From the NCBI GenBank assembly GCA_963796275.1, contig CAWCKY010000007.1, positions 672,001 to 736,000 of the forward strand: a DNA stretch of 64,000 bases. The letters run 5' to 3'. Both the position numbers and the translations under genes were made by a program. Shown piece by piece: positions 59,311-64,000 of the stretch. The stretch comes from an uncultured Acidobacteriota bacterium. GTDB taxonomy: Bacteria; Acidobacteriota; Blastocatellia; RBC074. The notes beneath the pieces were generated by a model. The model worked only from the letters and a program-made list of their open reading frames with translations, ran no database searches and was not told the DNA's origin. The stretch's first letter is position 1. Every line of letters starts with the position of its first letter.

Positions 59311-60072
59311 TCAATTGATGATGCGCACGGCGCGCGCCACACCATCCTCGCCGATTATTATGTCGGCTTTGATCAACCCTTCGCCGCGATCAATATTGAC
59401 CGGCAATCCCATCGACAGAAGCATCGAGCGCGAGATTTCAACGCGCACTATCTGGACGAACTCTGTCGGCCCGGATTTCGCGACGAATGTCAGCGGGAAA
59501 ATGTCGCCGGCAGCTTCAGCGCTCTCTTTTACTGGAGGCATGCGGCGCCGGCCGCCCCTGGCGGATGGTCGTATAACTTTCGGTGAATGAATTTCGCCTG
59601 TTCGCTTGGCCTGGGGCGTCGCTTCCAGTCCTTGACCCGGAGGATTTTGCGGCGATGGGTGATTAACCACGTCAGCCGGGTTGTTGTCGACTTGCGCGCC
59701 CTGCTCGCGCTGCCATAGCACACTGGCGATAGTAGAGATCAGCAACATAGCAGCGGCTGCCATTCTCCAGAGCAGCCTGCGACGTGCAGGCCATTGCAAA
59801 ACAGGCGGAGATGCGGCGGCCGCCTGCCGCTCGTCGAAGGCCGCACGCAATACCGATCTAACTCTCTCCGGCGCATTCATCGCTGCCTCTTCGACTGCGA
59901 GTGCCTGTAATCCGGCTGTCATCTTTCGCTCACGATTGAGCCGCGAGGCGCATTGCGCGCAACTTTCTGCATGCTCCAAGGCGATCGCATGCCCCGGGAC
60001 ATGCCCCGGGCCTTCCATCAAATGATGGCGGTCGATATCGATGATCGTTCGGTCAAACTCCTCGCAATTCAT
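59311..60072 (-). CDS. ZAS-type transmembrane anti-sigma factor (copy B)
   Basis: MNCEEF start with ATGA overlap; HAESCAQC; TM; DIFPL...GLPVN...KADIIIGEDGVARAVRI. Confidence 0.85.
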   Translation of the reverse strand: MNCEEFDRTIIDIDRHHLMEGPGHVPGHAIALEHAESCAQCASRLNRERKMTAGLQALAVEEAAMNAPERVRSVLRAAFDERQAAAASPPVLQWPARRRLLWRMAAAAMLLISTIASVLWQREQGAQVDNNPADVVNHPSPQNPPGQGLEATPQAKRTGEIHSPKVIRPSARGGRRRMPPVKESAEAAGDIFPLTFVAKSGPTEFVQIVRVEISRSMLLSMGLPVNIDRGEGLIKADIIIGEDGVARAVRIIN

Positions 60073-60692
60073 GCTGGGCACCTCGACAAATTTACATTTT
60101 TTTGCGGCGCATCGGAGGCTTTCATGGCTTCCAGCTTTTCCGCCAACAATGCGCGCGCACGATGCAGGCGCGAGCGCACTGTGCCGACCTCGCAGCCGAT
60201 CACTTGAGCGGCTTCGATATAACTCAATTCGTGCAGATAGCAGAGCAACACCACTTCGCGATAATGCGCGGGCAATGCGAGCACCGCTCGCCGTACAGTT
60301 TCAACTATCTCATCACGCGCCAGATCAGCCAGCGGATCATTCTGTGCTATCAACCGGTCAGCTGTAGGCGCATCGTCCGATTCAACCCGCTCGTCGATTG
60401 CAAGCGCGACGAACCATCGCTCACGTTGAAGACGTCGCCAGATGCGATGCCGTGCTATCGTGAATATATAAGCGGCAAAGCTGCCGCGCCCGCTGTATTG
60501 GCGGCCGTCGCGCATCAATGTCAGAAAGACCTCTTGCGTCACATCTTCAGCGATCGTTTCAGAGCCGCTCATTCGCAGAGCAAACCGGTAAAGCGAAGAT
60601 TGCCACCGCTCATAAAGACGCTCAAATGCCCCACCGTCTCCAGCCAGCATCAGCTGCAACAATTCCATATCGCTAGAGGTAGGGAGCGCCAT
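60069..60692 (-). CDS. ECF RNA polymerase sigma factor (copy B)
   Basis: YRFALRMSGSE.AEDVTQEVF, LPAHYREVV and VGTVRSRLHRAR, near-identical to copy A motifs. Confidence 0.95.
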   Translation of the reverse strand: MALPTSSDMELLQLMLAGDGGAFERLYERWQSSLYRFALRMSGSETIAEDVTQEVFLTLMRDGRQYSGRGSFAAYIFTIARHRIWRRLQRERWFVALAIDERVESDDAPTADRLIAQNDPLADLARDEIVETVRRAVLALPAHYREVVLLCYLHELSYIEAAQVIGCEVGTVRSRLHRARALLAEKLEAMKASDAPQKNVNLSRCPA

Positions 60693-60863
60693 TAATATTT
60701 AAATCCTATATCAATTGAAAATAGTGCAAATCTGAAAATCGTGGTAATCAAATTCCAACATAATCAGTCGTTAAGCAACTCAGTGGAGGAGACACGAAAT
60801 GTTTACCGCATTCTTTCATTCAAATCTCGCCAACACCGCTGATAGCTAGCCTGACATCAGAGT

Positions 60864-60890
60864 AGAGACATCGAGCGGATGAATAGTTCC
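60864..60890 (-). promoter_or_regulatory. putative ECF-sigma promoter
   Basis: Minus strand GGAAC-N16-GTCTCT upstream of ECF copy B. Confidence 0.45.
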
Positions 60891-60951
60891 ACGAAAATTG
60901 GATTTCATGACTAAGATCAGAAGAAAATTGACAAACAAAATCGCAAAAGAG

Positions 60952-61974
60952 TCACGAGTGAGGAAGTTCTTCGGTATTCTCGCTCACAGCGCCGCTTCTA
61001 CCCATGTACAAATTTTCAAGCTGTAGCAATAAAATACCCCCCAGCACCGCGCCTCCGCCCAGTATTTGCAGCGGCTCCAACTTTTCATTCAACCATAACC
61101 AGGCGACTACTGTAGCGACGACCGGCTCCAGCATGGAAGTTAGGCTGCTGCGGCTCGGTTCCAGGTGACGCAGGCTCGCCAAAAAAAGGCCGAAAGGGAT
61201 GACGGTTGCTACCGCGGCAAGATAGAGAAATAAAACGAGAGTCTTTAGATCGTAATTACCCCAGGGAAGGGTCCAGAGGGGCCGAATGATGATCCACATC
61301 AATCCGGCGAAGAGGAATGCATAAGCCATCATCGTGCGCGAATCGTGGCGCGCCAGGCCTCGTTTTCCATAAATCGTATAAAATGCGAAGCCGAACGCCG
61401 AGCCGAGTGCGCAGAACGTGCCGGGCAGCGAAACCCGCGCAACCCCACCCGACTGACCGAACACCATCATCATGCAGCCGGCTATCGCCGTGAATGCTGC
61501 GATTATCTTCCCGCCGGTCATTCGCTCCGTCTTCGTTAACACACCATAAATCATCAGAATAATAGGCGCGAGATATTGGATCAGCAGCGCGTATCCGACG
61601 CTCACCATCGAGAGCGAGAGATAGTAAAAACCTTGATTGGCGACCAGGCCGATTGCCCCGAGCAGAGCGAACAACGGCAGATCCTGAGGCCTGACACGTA
61701 TGAGCCGTGGTGATGTTACTCCGAGCCAAAAGAATAGGATCAACGCAGCGAGCGAGGTGCGGAAGATGAGCAGCTCATCGGGATCCATCTTGCGGTTCAG
61801 GAGGAATTTCGTCACGACGCCCGAAAATCCCCACAACACGGCAGCGCTCGCCGCAAGCAAATATCCCCTTACGGTGTGTGATTGGTGGTTCTGTGATGCC
61901 GCCGTTTTTGTCGTCTTACCCACTGTGATGTAGAGGAGACCATACGAAACAATCAGCGAGGTAGTCAGCCTCAA
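60952..61974 (-). CDS. EamA/DMT family transporter
   Basis: LWGFSG, LLIQYLAP and MLEPVVA; about 10 TM in two repeats. The start is uncertain. Confidence 0.9.
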   Translation of the reverse strand: MRLTTSLIVSYGLLYITVGKTTKTAASQNHQSHTVRGYLLAASAAVLWGFSGVVTKFLLNRKMDPDELLIFRTSLAALILFFWLGVTSPRLIRVRPQDLPLFALLGAIGLVANQGFYYLSLSMVSVGYALLIQYLAPIILMIYGVLTKTERMTGGKIIAAFTAIAGCMMMVFGQSGGVARVSLPGTFCALGSAFGFAFYTIYGKRGLARHDSRTMMAYAFLFAGLMWIIIRPLWTLPWGNYDLKTLVLFLYLAAVATVIPFGLFLASLRHLEPSRSSLTSMLEPVVATVVAWLWLNEKLEPLQILGGGAVLGGILLLQLENLYMGRSGAVSENTEELPHS

Positions 61975-62022
61975 ATGGCCGATTGCGGGTGACTGCTCGT
62001 TATCGCTCGCATTACTGAACGC

Positions 62023-63429
62023 TTATAGTTTGATGTTGTAGACCTTGATCTTACTGTTGAGCGTCGTGTTATTCATCCCTAGCAGCTTGGCTGCTTTGCT
62101 CTGGTGACCGCCGGTGATGTCGAGAGCGTGGCGGATCAGCTCGATTTCGAAGCGGGAGACCTCGTCATAGAAAGAAATACCCCGCGCGATATCGAGGGAA
62201 GCGATCGACTCGCCTGCGTTAGCGGATGAACCACCCCGCGCTTGCGGATTGACGATCTCCTCGCGTAGGCATTCGCGTTTAATTTCATCTCCCCGTGCGA
62301 CGATCACCGCTCTTTCTATCGCCGTTTCGAGTTCGCGCACGTTGCCCGGCCAGGGATATGTTTCGAGCGAAGATAAAACATCCGGGGAGAATTGGTCGGA
62401 AATCGACCGGCCGTTCTCCTGGTTATATTTCCTGATGAAGTATTGCGCCAACGGCAGAATGTCTTCGCGCCGGTTGCGTAGGGGCGGAAGGTGTATGTTT
62501 ATGACGTTGAGCCGGTAGAAGAGGTCTTCGCGGAAATCGCCTGATTTGACGGCCCTCTGCAGGTCGGTGTTGGTAGCCGCGATGATGCGCACATCGACGC
62601 GGCGCGGTTGAGTATCGCCCAGCGGCGTGAATTCGCGTTCCTGAATGACGCGCAGCAACCTGGCCTGTGTCTCCGGCGGTATGGTGGTTATTTCATCGAG
62701 GAAAATAGACCCGCCGTCGGCTACCTCGAATAAGCCTTTCTTCGCGGCTATCGCTCCCGTAAATGCACCTTTGGTATGGCCGAAGAGCTCAGATTCAAGC
62801 AGTTCTGATGGTATGTTGCTGCAGTTTACCGCAACAAATTGTCCGGATTCGGCTCGCGGGCTGGAGAAATGGATGGCGCGGGCGACCACCTCCTTACCCG
62901 TGCCGGATTCGCCGGTGACCAGAACGGTCGAGCGCGCAGGCGCAACTTGTTCGATCAAATCGTAGACCTCTCTCATCGCCGGAGAATTTCCGACGATCCG
63001 GCTGCGGTCGCCGGTCGCACGCAAGGTGCGCCGTAAAACGCGCCGTTCCTCATCACCCCGGCGCCGTGCAATTCCCGCCGCGACGGTCTTCAGTATCTGT
63101 TCATTCTCGAACGGCTTGCGAATGCAATTGAACGCGCCGAGCTGCCAGGCGGCGATGGCAGTGTCGAAAGTCGCGTAGGCCGTGATCATGATCACTTCGG
63201 CTTCGCGGTCGATTTTCAGTATCTCCTCGAGCGTACGCAGCCCCCCTATTCCGGGCATAGAGACATCGAGAAGAATCGCGTCATAGGTTCGATCGTTTAA
63301 ACGCGCCAGACCTTCTTCTCCGGTCTTGGCCAGATCGACGCGATACCCATCCTGCGAGAGTATGCTCTCCAAGACATCGCGCATGATCTCTTCATCGTCG
63401 ACTACCAGTAATGTGCCTTTTTTTGCCAT
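62023..63429 (-). CDS. sigma54-dependent response regulator (NtrC/AtoC family)
   Basis: Receiver VVDDE...LLDVSMP, GESGTGKE, ESELFGH..GAFTGA, FREDLFYRLNV, WPGNVREL and a Fis-type HTH. Confidence 0.96.
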   Translation of the reverse strand: MAKKGTLLVVDDEEIMRDVLESILSQDGYRVDLAKTGEEGLARLNDRTYDAILLDVSMPGIGGLRTLEEILKIDREAEVIMITAYATFDTAIAAWQLGAFNCIRKPFENEQILKTVAAGIARRRGDEERRVLRRTLRATGDRSRIVGNSPAMREVYDLIEQVAPARSTVLVTGESGTGKEVVARAIHFSSPRAESGQFVAVNCSNIPSELLESELFGHTKGAFTGAIAAKKGLFEVADGGSIFLDEITTIPPETQARLLRVIQEREFTPLGDTQPRRVDVRIIAATNTDLQRAVKSGDFREDLFYRLNVINIHLPPLRNRREDILPLAQYFIRKYNQENGRSISDQFSPDVLSSLETYPWPGNVRELETAIERAVIVARGDEIKRECLREEIVNPQARGGSSANAGESIASLDIARGISFYDEVSRFEIELIRHALDITGGHQSKAAKLLGMNNTTLNSKIKVYNIKL

Positions 63430-63470
63430 GGCATAAAAGTAACATAAGATATGATAATGGTATACGAATT

Positions 63471-64000
63471 ATGACTTTAAAACTCTATTGGAACGACTCG
63501 CACATCAAACGCTTCAACGCCCGCGTTGAGGATATCCGGCTGGAAGACGGCGATAGCTTGGTGATGCTCGATCGGACAGCCTTTTACCCGACCGGCGGCG
63601 GTCAACCTTGCGATACGGGATTGATCAGATCGGTCCCCGTCGTCGATGTTCAAATTGATGACGGCGATCGGATATCGCACCGGTTGAAAGGAAATATCGC
63701 GCTTGCGATTGGAGAGGAAGTCGAATGCGAGGTCGACTGGTTTCGCCGCCGCGCAATGATGCAGCAGCATACGGGACAACACATCCTCTCACAGGCGTTC
63801 TTTCAACTATTCGGCGCGGAGACGCGCGGCTTCCGTATTACCGACAGCCTAGCTGAGATCGACCTGACGCTCGAGGCCCAGCCCGATGAGATCGAAACGG
63901 CGATCATCCGCGCGGAAGATCTGGCAAATGAGATTGTTTTCGAAAATAGGGAGATACGCATCCACGAGGTTACCCCGAATGAAGCTGCCCAGCTGCCGCT
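63471..64000 (+). CDS. alanyl-tRNA editing protein AlaX-like (partial, runs off window end)
   Basis: Manual translation: MTLKLYWNDS...LDRTAFYPTGGGQPCDTG...VDWFRRRAMMQQHTGQHILS. Confidence 0.88.
   Translation, partial: MTLKLYWNDSHIKRFNARVEDIRLEDGDSLVMLDRTAFYPTGGGQPCDTGLIRSVPVVDVQIDDGDRISHRLKGNIALAIGEEVECEVDWFRRRAMMQQHTGQHILSQAFFQLFGAETRGFRITDSLAEIDLTLEAQPDEIETAIIRAEDLANEIVFENREIRIHEVTPNEAAQLP

Overview
A ~55% GC bacterial chromosomal segment. The lineage is probably Acidobacteriota, inferred from Solibacter-type C-terminal repeat domains, a TPR-CHAT protein, duplicated MacB-type permeases and REP-like palindromes; no marker gene confirms this. Most genes are housekeeping or envelope genes: acnA, trmL, xylA, tRNA-Gly(GCC), yraN, the split pntA plus pntB, gnd-pgl-HAD-pgm, FKBP, HIT, glutaminyl cyclase, wzm/wzt, an NtrC-family regulator and a partial AlaX. 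Five things stand out. (1) A 932-bp IS200/IS605-type OMEGA element keeps a HEARO/omegaRNA-like scaffold but encodes an in-frame, internally deleted 210-aa IscB. It sits exactly on the ATGA start of a hydrolase gene and supplies a replacement RBS. (2) Two mirror-image cassettes of ECF sigma, ZAS anti-sigma and secreted partner (one partner has a TonB-C insert) converge on a secreted TPR-CHAT protein with both catalytic residues substituted. (3) A divergent pair of homologous microproteins flanks a GATC cluster, with a sigma54-like promoter and a three-way-junction RNA next to the tRNA. (4) An M1 pseudo-peptidase. (5) Gln follows the signal peptide in most secreted proteins, alongside a lipoprotein glutaminyl cyclase. 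No CRISPR array or rRNA was seen. All family calls come from visual motif recognition, not database searches.
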